A DNA stretch of 64,000 nt from the NCBI RefSeq assembly GCF_000142905.1, contig NW_013657648.1, positions 326,922-390,921 on the forward strand. Reading direction: 5' to 3'. Source of the DNA: Thecamonas trahens ATCC 50062. Its lineage: Eukaryota > Protista > Apusomonadida. Made by a program: the position numbers and the translations under genes. The notes under the pieces were generated by a model. The model was not told the origin of the DNA, ran no database searches, and saw nothing but the letters and a program-made list of their open reading frames with translations. Of this stretch, positions 30,288-43,200 are shown piece after piece (position 1 is the stretch's first letter; each line of letters begins with the position of its first letter).

Positions 30288-31021
30288 TCATCGCCCACCC
30301 GCCCCGCCACCAACTCATCGCCCACCCGCCCCGCCACCAACCCATCGCCCACTTACCCCGCCACCAACCCATCGCCCACTTACCCCGCCACCAACCCATC
30401 GCCCACCCGCCCCGGCACCGATCATGGACACAGGCCTGAGCTCCACCACTGGCCTCTCTTATCGTATAGTTCNNNNNNNNNNNNNNNNNNNNNNNNNNNN
30501 NNNNNNNNNNNNNNNNNNNNNNNNNNNNNNNNNNNNNNNNNNNNNNNNNNNNNNNNNNNNNNNNNNNNNNNNAAAAAAAATAATAAAGAGTTAACAAAAG
30601 TGGAACATTTTTAGTAAATACTAGAAAATAAGAATTATATGTGTGTTTTAAGTATATTATTTACATGACGATAAAGATCCGAAAGTAGTTGTAGAAAAAT
30701 AAATGAAGAAAAAGTGAATAAAAAATGACTCAATAATAACCAACCCATCGCCCACCCGCCCCGCCACCAACCCATCGCCCACCCGCCCCGCCACCAACCC
30801 ATCGCCCACCCGCCCCGCTACGAACCCATCGCCCACTCGCCCCGCCACCAACCCATCGCCCACCCGCCCCGCTACGAACCCATCGCCCACTCGCCCCGCC
30901 ACCAACCCATCGCCCACCCGCCCCGCCACCAACTCATCGCCCACCCGCCCCGCCACCAACCCATCGCCCACCCGCCCCGCCACCAACCCATCGCCCACCC
31001 GCCCCGCCACCAACCCATCGC
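30288..31021. repeat. 27-bp C-rich minisatellite on both sides of a gap (30288..30418 and 30739..31021)
   Basis: Unit ccaccaacccatcgcccacccgccccg, ~5 + ~10 copies. Confidence 0.93.
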
Positions 31022-31407
31022 TCTGCCTCGCCGGCAAACAGTCGTTGGCCAAAAGAAAGGCACATATATTCTCACCAATGCCTAGCAAATCCAGATTCCA
31101 ATAGGCGTACCCTCCTCCCATCTCTTCCCCCATCCACCCATTCTTCTTTCCCTATCTCCGAAAAGGTGCCTCCCTTCTTCCGGCAAGTTCTCCTTGCCTA
31201 CGGCGAGCAGATCATTGACAGGGAGAAGACCATACTGTGGCAGCGAACGAATTGGCTGTTGATTAATTAGCGTTGCTGCCCTTCTCCCGCATTTTCCCCG
31301 CACTGGCATGGTCAAGCAGGCTTGACCAGGAGGGGGGGGACAGGCATACTCGACTTGAGAACGTATTCGGGGGAGTGGCACACGGCCGCAAGGCAGACCA
31401 CCAAGCC

Positions 31408-34400
31408 ATGGAAGGTAGTCGTGCTTCGCGTGTGGAAGCAAGCGTTCATTCGGTCCTGTATGGTCTGATTCAGACGCGGCGAAGCGGCTCATCGCTGTCG
31501 ACCATCCTCTTCCTCGTTCTCGATGGCTTGCAGCTGGTGCCGTTTGTCTTTCATCCATCGTTTGCCTTCAAGTACAGCCTCGTCCAGTTGTACTCTTCGG
31601 CTCTGTCAAGATCGCCTGCTGAGACTTCGGCAACATCGCTACTTCAAGCTTCTCTCTCGGAGCAATCGTTCTTTGTGGTTCTTCTCCTCGTTCTCCTCGC
31701 TCTCCTCGCTTTCTCGGCCAACGTCGGCTACCTCTACTCATCATCGACTCATCATGGCGCAACATCGTTTGCTCGGACCTGGGCGCCCAAGATCTTCAAC
31801 ACCATCGTCCCACCCATGATCTCCTTGTTCTACATCACCATTCTCCAGTTTCTCCTCCTCCCGGCTGCCTGCGAGGTTGCGGTAGACGACTCGCCACATC
31901 GCATGGTGTGGGCCATGGCGACGTCGACTCGGTGCTGGTCTGGATGGAGAGTAGCTATCGCTGTCCTTTCCCTCGCGCTTTTGATCTGCTTCTTTCTCCC
32001 ATTCTCCTTCCTCATGGCGCTGACGTACTACGATCCGCGGCCATTCTCTGATGATCTGGCCGCCCGCCCGCTTGGCCGACAGTATGCCTTGTTTGTCGCC
32101 GTCAAGACCGCCGTCATTGCCGTCTTTCGACTTGCGCCGCGCAATGCCATCCCTCTCGCTCGTGTCTTTGTCCTCCTCCTGGGCTTTGGCTCGCTCGCCT
32201 ACTTTCATATCACCCGCATCCCGTACTACTCGCGGTTGCTCAACTACATCTACGCTGCCTTGTTCACCTTGCTGTTTGGCGGCTCGATAGGCTCGGCAGC
32301 AGCTGTGCTGGCCTCGGACCCGGCGTTAGAGTGGCCATTCTTCCTTGGTGTCAGCGGAGCCGTGGTTGGCGGCGCCTGCGGTCTCGCCGCCATGCGATGG
32401 CGGTACCTTGTCGTCGAACGCAAGATCACCCGTTTCGCGAGCTCGGCACAAGACTTGCTTGACACCCTGCTGGCTTCTCGCAATGCTGCTGGACGGGAAG
32501 CCAATCTATCGCAAACTGCCGGCAGCGGCACCGACATGCAAGCCTATGTTGCCGGCATCGACCCGGTGCTAGGCGAGATGGGCGCGCATGGTGCCACTGC
32601 TGAGCTTTCGATTCTTCGCGCCGGTGACAGCGATGCAAACTTCCGCCCCCATGACAGGCTTCGCTTGATCCTCATGCGGTCGGAGCGCGAGGTCGAGCTG
32701 CTGGTCCGCGCTCATGTTAGTGCCCGCCTGGCGGCCATTCCCGTCATCGATGACAACGACATCTTTGGCATGCTGGATACGCGCCAGGCGGCGTTTGACC
32801 AAACAGCCAGGACTCTGTTTGAGCTGGGCATCGAGCTCTACCCGCGATCTGCGTTTGTCCGTAGCGCGTATGCACACTACATCAATGAGTTTGCTCCTGC
32901 CGAGGTTGGCACGGCCATGGTTGCCATTCAGGCGGCGCAGCTCATGCCAGCTGCTTTTGACATCCGCCTCATTGTCCACGGCTTTGAGCGCAAGCTGCTG
33001 CATACCATGCAGGGCCGGGGCTTTGGCGAGACCGACACCCGTATGGATCTTGTCTCATATGTCGAGTACCAGAAGCACTTTCAAGTTGCTCGCCAGTACC
33101 ATCGCGACACCCTTGTTGCCACCCACACCTTTTGGTCACTGCTGCACTCCGGCCGGTGCTCCAGCGCCTCCTTTGCGGCCGCATCCCAAGCCGTCACGCG
33201 CGCCGAGCGCCAGGCCTCGATTGCATACAAGCGCCTCATTGCCCGCTTTCCGCTCGCGGTTGAGCTGCTCTACTCGTACGCGTCCTTTATTGAGACCGTC
33301 CAACGCGACAGTCCCCAGGTCGAGGCCATCCGAGCTCGCGCCGCATCGCTCGTCAATACCTCGTTCGAGATTCCGTCAGTCCCGGACATGCCGCCTTCTG
33401 GTGCCCACCCAGCACTTCATCTCATGGGTATGAGCCGCAGCCCTGCATCGACCTCCATGGAGAGGCATCCTTCACCGATGCACGCCCACTCTGGCGGCAG
33501 AACGGCGCAAACGTCGTCGTTGCGTGGCCCGGCGTTGTTGCGGGCGAGAGCGGGTAAGATTCGCTTGAGGGGCGCAGACCACAGGATCAACAAGAGTGCC
33601 ACCAAGCGCAAGATGCACAGGAAGAAGTCTAATGGCAAGAGAAGGCGGGCACGCTCCGTCTCAAGCGGACGATCTGCGCTTGCCTCCGCCAAGAAGGTGG
33701 CTCTGACCAAGTCGGGCGCGAAGAAGGGCAAGAAGAGGAAGTTTTCAAGGAAAGCGCTCGCTGCTTCGATACCCGCATCTCGCAAGTTGAGCGCCAACGC
33801 GTCGGCATCTTCATCGTCGTCGACATCATCTTTGCCATCCTCGGCCTCCTCGTCGTCTCAGAACCTGTCTACAAGCCGGAGTGCGCATGCCTCTTCTGAG
33901 CATCGCGAAATGTCGACGCTGCCAAACGCGTTCAAGAAGCCGAAAAAGTCGAGCCTCAAGCATAGGTCAAAGTATGGATCATCTTCGGGCTTTTCGGCGC
34001 TCTCCTCGTCGACCTCGTGTGGTCCACCACAGAGAAAGTTCAAGCGATCCAAGGCTCAAGCTCGCGCCACCAGCAGTAGCGACGACATGAGCATCTTGCT
34101 TCCGCAGCGGGCGATGTTTGGAACACCGATGGAGACTGTGGCAAACAGGCCGAGGGAGGACAACACGGCAAGCGGATCAGAGTTTACCCCCACCCCCTCC
34201 CACAGCAGGTCCTCGCGTGGCCACCGGTTCTTCAGCCGTGGCGCGTCGCGACACCGGGGCTCGATTTCCTCGGCTTTCTCACGAACGTCCTTTGAGCATC
34301 ACGCTGCGGCGCGCGAGAGGGTGCTTTCAGCCAAGTCACAAGCGGCAGGGCGGTTATCGTGGTCACTCAAGATCTCAGTCCTTCTGCTACTGGTGTTCTT

Positions 34401-37400
34401 CGCCGTCGGCTTTGGTCTCTCCAATTCGTCCATGTCGGCCATCAAGGCCGAGTTCAAGCTGATGGACATGTACGGTCGCATGCGGAAGCTCTCGATCGAC
34501 ACCTACCTACAGGTCTCGATCCTGCACTGGTCTGCACTCTCGCCGGGCGCAAGCGTGTTGTACGTCGCGAGCGAGGTGCGCTCTACCGTCGATGCAACGG
34601 CGTCGATTGTTGCCGACCACGCGGCGTACCTCTACCGCGCCACGTACGGCTCGGGCGCACACGCGACAAACAAGCTCAACGCGCTCTGGCGCGACCAAGT
34701 GATCCCAGTCTCTGTTGTCGCGTCAACGGTCACCACTCCGCCGGCGATCGAAATCCGCATGGTCAACCTCCGTGACGCCATTGCGCACTTGGTTGGCTAT
34801 GCGCGCGAGCTGGTGGCACGGCCGGTGGGTGAGTGGGTGATGGACAAGCTGCAGATTGATCTCGCTGCCAGCTTTGTGCGCCACAATCTGCACCCACGCG
34901 CCCCGCTCTCTTCCAAAATTGGTGCGGGAGCGCAGCTGTTTGAGACAAAGGTCTCCGAGTCGATTCATGTTCTGGTCATTCTCCAGATTGTGCTTCTGGT
35001 CACGTCGACAAGCATTCTGGTCTTTATCGGCGTTGCACTTGTTCTGCCAGCCATTGCTTCGCTCCGCAATGAGCAGTGCGACTCGTTTCGGCTGTTTAAG
35101 ACAGTGCCGCAACCGATGCTTCGCACCATTCAGAGCGAGATGGCCAACGCGCTGCTGTCATTTATGTCAGCCGAGCACGGGCTCGGATTTCTTGTCGACG
35201 CGGGATTCGGGCAGAGTAGGTCGGGCTCGGTGGGCTCGACCTCTGACAATTCGACTCAGAACGCTTATTGTTCACGCAGCGACGACCTGCTTGTTCCGAG
35301 CATCGAGAGTGGATCAGGGGCGCAACGACCTCGTTCTGATGTGTACGGTGTCGAGGACTCGGACTCGGACATGGACTCTGAGATGTCGCAAATCCGGATG
35401 ACGCTCTCGCTCGAGTCGACGGCGGCGATGACTGAGCTGCTCTCCAAGTCGGAGAAGGTCTCGATTGTGCGGCGAGTTCAGCTGCAGATTCTCTGCGCCC
35501 TGGGCGTTGTTTTTGTCCTTGCCTGTGTCTTCTTCACTACAGTCTACTTCGGCGCCACTGTCACAACCCACTATGGCAGCCTCATCAACGCGTCGGGCAT
35601 CCGCCGATTCTACGCCAAAGGAGTGCACACAGCAGTGGTGCATCTCGCGGCGTACGCAGACGCGATGGCGAACGGATCGAGCAACGAGACCGCAGTTCCG
35701 TTTTGGGTTTTGCCACCTCCAGTCGCTTCTGCCTTGCTCAACAACTCTGTGGGAGCGTTGTGGAGCGCGCACATGGAGGCAAAGTATGGGACCGACGGCC
35801 GGAGCGGGACGGATGGGTTGTTTCCGCGGCTGGAAGAGGTCATGTACGGCGCCAGCGGGCTGGATCAGGCCGTGATCAGCTATGTGGCGCTCGGGCGGCA
35901 GCTTGCGGGTGCGGCGTTGGAGATCAGCACCGGGAGCAGGGAGAGTGTGCTTGCAGCGGGCGCTACGCTGATTGCGGCACTGCCACAGGTCAAGGCGGAG
36001 GAAGCCAATGTGCTGTCGCCGCTGCTCGACGAGGCGACGGCAGTCATGGTCTACGAGTTTGAGTCTGTGATCTCTCGGTTCCTCGCGGCGACGCTGGCGG
36101 TGTACGTGTTGGAGAATCTTGCGCTAGTAGCCATCTACTTTGTGGTCTTTGTTCGACTCATCCGGCAGATTGCCGACCAGACGACCCGTGCGCGGTCGAT
36201 GATTTTCATGATCCGCCCCGACTACATTGTTTTGCTTCCCCAGATCTCGCACTTTATCGAGCACAACACGCTGGTGTCGCTAGAGGAGCTCGAGAGGAAT
36301 GCCAAACCACCGGGACTGGAGCGACGGGCTGTGCTTGAGGTCGACTCGAACTCGGGCAAGATTGTGGGCATGGACGGTGACGTGACGTTCCTCGGCCTGC
36401 CGCCGCGGTCGCTACTGCGACAGCACATGTGCAACTTTCTTCCGCGTGTGGCGCCGCGCAAGCTGGAGGCAAAACTCATGAAGCTGATGCGGTTTCCGCC
36501 GCGGCGAATCACTGTCTTGCCGTACATGGACCCAGCGACGACGGGCTCGCAAGTGACGTTCAAGTGTTTTGCGTGGGTAACTCACTTCAACCCAGCATCG
36601 AACGATGGCTCAAAGTGGATCAAGTCTATGTTTGAAGATGCTCGCCGGCGTCGCGGGCGGCGGCAGACGATCGTGGATGGGGCGCGTTCGATCTCGTCGT
36701 GGTTTGCGCGGATTTGCGGGCGCGGGCGTGTTGCGCCGTTGCCGAATTCAGGCGCAGAGCAGAGCACGTACACGCAGCTCGAAGATGCAAAGCACGTGTT
36801 TTTGTGGGACGGAGCGCGACGCTGACCCGGACCGGAGAACTGAGCGCGATGGCGAGGAATGCCGGGAGCTCGCAGCGGTATCGCCTGACACTCTTTTTCC
36901 AGCCCGAGGCCGAGGCTGTGGCTGGAATGCTGATGGACGAACAGGTGGCGCTCAAGGGTGCGGATCCGCGGGTGATGCTGCGGCTCTCGCTGCGGCTCAA
37001 CGCGATGCTGCCTGCGACAGACGCGGTGCTGGTGTGCAACAAGGATGGAACAGTGCTTGAGTGCCAGTCTCAGAACCACATGTTCCTCAACCCGGCGAGC
37101 GTGACGTTCAAGAACATCCGCACCGTGCTTCCGAGCTACGAGGTGAACTTTGGAGGACGGCTTGGCATGATGCGGCACCAGACACTAATTGTCGGGACGG
37201 GCGAGTCGCGAGCTGTGACTGTGGCGATGGTGCGCGCGCAGGGCATTGTTGTCCTCGGCTTGACTCAGCAGGGCCTCGACTCGCTCGCAGGCGTGAGCCA
37301 CGGGCTGATGGCGGTTGCGGACCTCGCCAACTCTGCGGTCGGCGTCGTTGTTCTCCAGCCCGGACCGGCGCTTGTGGCGGCTAACTCTGCGGCGCTCGTT

Positions 37401-38200
37401 TTTGCGCAGATGCGGTACGAGGAGCTAGCACGACAGCCGCTTGCGGCCTTTGTTGGCATCACCAACGGCGACCTGTGGGGTAAGCCGCACGTGCCGGGCT
37501 CGAGGAGTGACATGCGATTGACGCTGCGGCGATCAGGCGAGCGGCTGTATGGATCGGTTTACTTTTTGAGGCCCAGACCGTGGTCATCTCGTTTACCGAC
37601 GCCGGGCCCAAGGCTTCGAGCATTCTTGAGGAGTCGAGGCATAACAGCGCGCCGCTCTCATCAGTCCGCTTTGGCGACGCTCCCGAGGTCTTTCCGATCA
37701 AGAACAGGATGGATGTGTCGATTGGGGCGTGCTCGCTCTCGCATTCGATCATTTGTGACTCGGAGGTGACGTCGGCGGTGTCATCGCCCGCTTCGTCGGC
37801 GGACGCGTTGTCGTCGTCATCATCGTCGGTGGGGAGCAAGCTGGATGTGTCGTCCTCGACCTCGTCATTGTCGTCGTCGTCGTCGTCGGGCTCAAGTCCA
37901 GAGCAGGACTCGGGGCTCGATATTGGGTCTGGCTCGGGGTCTGGATCGGGATCAGGCGAGGCAGGAAAGCGAGTGGCGGAAGCGTCGACGGTGCCCGGCG
38001 CTCGACGTGCTGCGTCTATTGGCGAGGCAACAGCAAATGGGCACGGCATTGTCCGCGGCGACGTGTCCGATGTGTGTGCTATCTCAGCCGACACGACGTC
38101 GATCACTGATGTGTCGACCACAGCGCCTGGACATCTTGTCCTGCCTGACAGCCGCTCGAGCTCCAAAGATGGCAATGATGATGGTGGCAAGGCCGAGTAA
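31408..38200 (+). CDS. Very large multipass membrane protein, TmcB/TmcC (tiny macrocysts)-like, with C-terminal PAS-like domains
   Basis: N-terminal multi-TM block (CWSGWR, RIPYY), TPR-like helices (AYKRLIARFP..VELLYSYASFIETV), further TM pairs (LINASGIRRF), PAS-like segments (VLEVDSNSGKIV; DAVLVCNKDGTVLEC). ORFs 31273..36825, 36699..37769 and 37580..38200 join via single-T losses at 36799-36803 and 37563-37567. Confidence 0.75.
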
Positions 38201-38291
38201 ACAGCTCTTCCCCGCGGTAATTTGTCCCCACCCGATCCCCACCCCGCGACGGGGCGTTTGCTGGGAATGACAAGCCCTTCAATCCGTGGTT

Positions 38292-38584
38292 GGCTAGCCC
38301 CCCCCCTGCTACGATCATTGGTCACGTCAGTTCATCGATGGCTAGCCCCCCCCTGCTACGATCAATGGCACCGTCAGTTCATCGATGGCTAGCCCCCCCC
38401 TGCTACGATCAATGGCCCCGTCAGTTCATCGATGGCTAGCCCCCCCTGCTACGATCATTGGTCACGTCAGTTCATCGATGGCTAGCCCCCCCCTGCTACG
38501 ATCAATGGCCCCGTCAGTTCATCGATGGCTAGCCCCCCCCTGCTACGATCAATGGCCCCGTCAGTTCATCGATGGCTAGCCCCC
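38292..38584. repeat. ~47-bp minisatellite, six units in ABB-ABB higher-order pattern
   Basis: ggctagc(c)n tgctacgatca[ttggtcac|atggcccc]gtcagttcatcgat. Confidence 0.95.
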
Positions 38585-38733
38585 AAAAACTCGCACGGAA
38601 TCGTGATCGCGATCGCGATCATGGCCGTCCCCTGCCGCCTGACCCCCCCCCCCCCCCCCCCCTTCCCCTCCCCCTCCCCTCCCCACCCCTCTCCCCCTCT
38701 CCAACCCGCATTCCCTCCCCTTCTCTCACAACT

Positions 38734-40239
38734 ATGTTCCGCGCAGCAAGTGCAGCAGTCCGGGCGACGACGACGGCAACCATGGCGGTGGCTCCGGCTG
38801 TGACTGCTCGAGTCAGCTCAGCAAGCAAGACGTCGGCGACGACGACGACGACGGCAAAGGCGACGGCGGCGGCCTCAGCCACGTCAGCCATGGGTGGCAA
38901 CCGGCTGGTGGCTGGTGGCAGCCTTCTCGGTTCGGGCAACTATGCCAATGGCGGAAATGTGCCATTTGCCGTTCACATGCGGTCGTCAGCCAACGGCAAC
39001 GCGTCGTTTGGTGGCATGACCGGTCAGAAGCGATTTGCTACCGGATGGGCGACGACGGCTCTCTCGCCTACCTCGCCGTTCTCGGCCACGGTGGGTCTGG
39101 ATGACGAGCAGTTGATGTTCTACGAGACGGCGGCTGCCTTTGCTGCCGAGAACATTGCTCCGCATGCAAGCAAGTGGGATGCCGAGTCCATCTTCCCCAA
39201 GGACGTCGTCCATGAGCTCGGCAACCTCGGCTTTGGTGCCATGTACACCTCGGAGGAGCACGGTGGCTCGGGCGCGTCGCGTCTTGACGCTGCTCTGGTC
39301 TTTGAGGCCCTCTCCATGGGCTGCCCGGCCACGTCGGCCTACCTCTCCATTCACAACATGTGCACGTGGATGGTCGACTCGTTTGGCTCGGACGAGCTCC
39401 GCGCCGAGTTTGTCCCGCGCATGGCCACCATGGAGGCCCTCGGCTCGTACTGCCTCACCGAGCCCGGCTCGGGCTCGGACGCCGCTGCGCTGCGGACCAC
39501 CGCCGTGGTCTCGTCGACCGACGAAGACGTTTACGTGCTCAATGGCGAGAAGGCGTTCATCTCGGGCGCCGGCGAGACCGATGTCTACCTCATCATGGCC
39601 CGCACCGGCTCCGAGTCGGGCGCCAAGGGCGTCTCGTGCTTCCTCGTCGACGCCGAGTCGGATGGTCTCTCGTTTGGCGGCAAGCTCGACAAGATGGGCT
39701 GGAACGCGTCGCCGACTCGCCCAGTCATTATGCAGGACGTCAAGGTCCACAAGTCGCGCATGCTCGGCGCGCCCGGCGAGGGCTTCAAAATCGCCATGAA
39801 GGGTCTCGACGGCGGGCGCATCAACATTGGTGCCTGCTCCATCGGCGCCGCCGCCGCCTCGGTTGGCATCGCCCGTGAGTATGTCCTCGAGCGCACCGCC
39901 TTTGGCAAGCCGCTCGCCCGCTTCCAAAACACCGAGTTTGTCTTTGCCGACATGGCCGCCAAGCTCCGGACCTCGCGCCTCGCCATCCGCGACGCCGCCA
40001 AGCTCCTCCACGAGCGCTCGCCGCTTGCCACCTCGTCGGCCGCCCTCGCCAAGCTTACCGCCACCGAGCAGTGCTTCGACGTCATCAACTCGGCGCTGCA
40101 GACCCTCGGCGGCGCCGGCTACGTCGCCGACTACCAGATCGAGCGCTACCTTCGCGACGCCCGCGTCCACTCGATCCTCGAGGGCTCGTCCGAGATCATG
40201 CGCCTCGTCACCGCTCGCGCTATCTTTGCTGACCAATGA
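38734..40239 (+). CDS. ACAD8: Isobutyryl-CoA dehydrogenase (acyl-CoA dehydrogenase), mitochondrial
   Basis: AYLSIHNMCTWMVD, SYCLTEPGSGSDAAAL, LNGEKAFISGAG, KMGWNASPTR, GLDGGRINIGACS, RVHSILEGSSEIMR. Long Ala/Thr/Arg-rich presequence. Confidence 0.92.
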   Translation: MFRAASAAVRATTTATMAVAPAVTARVSSASKTSATTTTTAKATAAASATSAMGGNRLVAGGSLLGSGNYANGGNVPFAVHMRSSANGNASFGGMTGQKRFATGWATTALSPTSPFSATVGLDDEQLMFYETAAAFAAENIAPHASKWDAESIFPKDVVHELGNLGFGAMYTSEEHGGSGASRLDAALVFEALSMGCPATSAYLSIHNMCTWMVDSFGSDELRAEFVPRMATMEALGSYCLTEPGSGSDAAALRTTAVVSSTDEDVYVLNGEKAFISGAGETDVYLIMARTGSESGAKGVSCFLVDAESDGLSFGGKLDKMGWNASPTRPVIMQDVKVHKSRMLGAPGEGFKIAMKGLDGGRINIGACSIGAAAASVGIAREYVLERTAFGKPLARFQNTEFVFADMAAKLRTSRLAIRDAAKLLHERSPLATSSAALAKLTATEQCFDVINSALQTLGGAGYVADYQIERYLRDARVHSILEGSSEIMRLVTARAIFADQ

Positions 40240-40274
40240 AGACCACGGCATCGTCGTTTTGTTTCTTCTTCAGA

Positions 40275-43200
40275 CTACAAGTGCTCCACAGACGAGCCGA
40301 CGCCGACCCATGCCGGCTTGTGGCCTGAGGCCATCATTTTCCGCGCCACAATCCGCCGCTGCTCGGCGCGCTCGGGCGTGTCCAGCGCTGAGGGCGCCAC
40401 CGGCCGCAGCCGCGCACGGACGTCGGCGCGGGTGGTCACAACTTTGGAGTCCTGCGCCCGGGTACCCATCGAGGTGAGCCGGCGAGTCACCATTGCGGCC
40501 TTTGAGACGGTGTGGCGGCGGGCGTGCCGACGGCGACCGCGGCCGCGGCCACGGCTGCGGCCGCGTGCCACGTTGTGGCGGCGCTTGGGTCCAGACGGCC
40601 GGACGCCGCTCCGCGGCGCACTCCCCTCCCAGGCCGACGTGAGCTCAACCGACAAGCTCGCACCCTCGGCCGACTTGTCGAGCAGAATCTCGAGCTCGGC
40701 CTGCTTCTCCTGCGCGATACGCTTCTTGCGCTGAGCTTTGCGCTGTGATTTGAGTCGCTTGCGCCGCTCAAGCCGCTCGGGTGTGGCATCCGGGTCAGCG
40801 GCTGCCTTGGACGACATGGTGTGGTAGACGTGGTGAAAGTGGCTGGTCGACTCGACGTGGCTCTCGAGCTCGTGCGACTTGGGAGCCACGACGTGGGCCG
40901 TATCGTCGTAGGCAGCCCGGACCCGAGCGTGAGCAGTGTCGGGTACGATCTCGGGCTCGTCGCGCTGGCGCTGCTGGTGCAGGTCGAGGATGAGTCGCCG
41001 CTCGCGCACGCGCCGCGCCGCCGACGTGTTGACAGCTGCTGTCGAGACCGAGTGCAAGATCGGAGCGTCGAGCGGGACGCCGAGGACCAGGTCGTTGCGC
41101 AACATCTCTTGTGCGTACTCGAACGGGGTAGCGTTGCGCGGGGTAAAGACAATGGCGTCGAGCAGGGCCATGCCCTCGCGGTTGAGTGGATACGCCGGCT
41201 CAATGAGGTCCTCGATGAGAACCGGGTCGCCGAGCTCATCGCGGAGGCCCGCCAGCAGCGACTGCGCGGCGGCGTCGGCGTCGGCAATGTGCTCCATCAC
41301 CGAGCCTGTCGACGACCGTGACTCAGAGCGGAACAAGTCGCTGTCGCGGTGGCGAAAGGCCTCGACCCGAGCCCGTCCGAGTGTGGACAGCAGGCTCGTG
41401 GCCTGGATGGAGAGCGCCCGCTTCCGCCCGTTCTCGGGCGAGACAACCTTGGCGCTATCGGCGGCGGCAGGAGTCTCGCTGTCGGGCGAGGCGGCAAGCG
41501 CCAGCGGACTGGTCGGTTGGAGGCGCGCCGCCGGCGTCGGGCGAGCGAGCGAGGATGAGGCCTGGCTCGCCAGCTGGTACCTTTTGACCGTCGACGAAAA
41601 CGACTTGGGCACCATGGCCAGCGACATCGAGGTCGACCGGGTGCGCGACCGTTGTCGTGCGAGGACGGCCTTCATCGACTCGGCGACCTTGGCGGTGACC
41701 TGGCGCTTGAGCTCGGTGACCTCGGGCGACTCTTCATCTGACGAGAGCGAAAGTCGAGAGCGTTGACGCAAGCGAATTGACTGGTGAGACGGCATCGTCA
41801 GAGTCGGTGTCCGACTCGCTCTTGCTCTTGCTGCGGGCATGGGCTGCGGCGCGGGCGAGCGTGTTTCGCGCAGTCGGTCCGACGGCAGTGGAAGGACAGC
41901 CTGCGAGTGAAGGCCTGAGCGGCGGAGGCGATCCGGAAGGACCGGCGGCGGATTGGGATGAATATCGGTCTCGCTCTCGACAGCGACCACCGTCTCGATG
42001 GTGTCTTCAAACAACTTCGGCTTGTTTCGAGGCAGCGAACGCGCTGGCGCCGTGGTCTGGACTCTCCGTGAGCTACCCATGAGCTTGCGGCGGCGCTCTG
42101 AGATGGACGAGACGTTGGCGGTCGACTCGGCAACCTTGAGGTTGTTGATGGACTTGTTGCCGCGGACGTTGCGGAGAGCGACTAGCTCGTTGGCGAGCTG
42201 GCACGATGACTCGTCGAGGATCTTGAGGACGTCAAAGTGGCCACCCTGGAGAGCGAGCGAGATCGGGGTTGTTCCCTTGATTGACTGCTGGTAGGTGTCG
42301 CCACCCGCGGCAACGAGGAGCTTGGTCAAGTCCACGTCGCCGGCGAGAGCAGCGAGATGAAGCGGGGACTGGTTCTGCGAGTCAAGCTCGTGCGGGTCAG
42401 CACCGGCGTCGAGGAGCCAGCGGACGGTCTCGATCTGGCCAACGGCAACGGCGTGGTGAAGAGTAGTGCGGCCCGAGGCGTGGAGGGCGGATCCTGCGGC
42501 GAGAACGTCGACACCGAGGAGGAGGAGCGTTTGCAGGACGTTGGTGTAGCCGCCGCGGGCGGCGTGATGTGCCGGCAGCAGGCCGTGCGCATCGCAAGTG
42601 TGCTTTGGCGCCATCTCATGGAGGAGGACGATGCAGGCATCGGCGCCTGCGTGGGCGGCGAGGTGGAGCGGGGTGTGGTGGAGCATGGTGAGCGAGTTGA
42701 CGGCGGCGCCTTCCTTGAGCAGAGCTTTGACCATGGAGAGCGAGTTTGTGACGACGGCGTGATGGAGCGGAGTGGCGCCGTCAATGTCGCGGGCCTCGAG
42801 GTGGGCGCCTGCGGCGACGAGGTTGTGAACCCAGTGCGAGGGCGCAGCGTCAAAGGAGCTCACCTCGTGGAGGACGGTGAGCGAGGACGGCGACTGGGCT
42901 GAGAGCTCAAAGCCGACCGAGACTAGGGCCTCGAGCATGTCAAGGTCGGCGTCGTGGTAGTGAAGGACAAAGTGGAGGGCGGTGTGGCCATCGCGAGTGC
43001 GGGCGTGGACGTCGGCGCCGCCCTCGCGGACAAGCATGCGCATAAAGCCGACGTTCTTGACGAGGACGGCGATGTGGAAGGCGCGGAGGCCGTGGTAGCC
43101 GGTGGCTTTTTCGACAGCGGCGCCGGCCTTGAGCAGGGCGGCGCCAGCGGGCTCGGCACCATAGTAGGCAGCGACATGGAGCGGGGTGTGCGCGCCGGCG

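Noticed and set aside
30573-30738. Very AT-rich patch as a foreign insertion
   Set aside because: It abuts a gap and interrupts a minisatellite; probably low-quality contig-end sequence.
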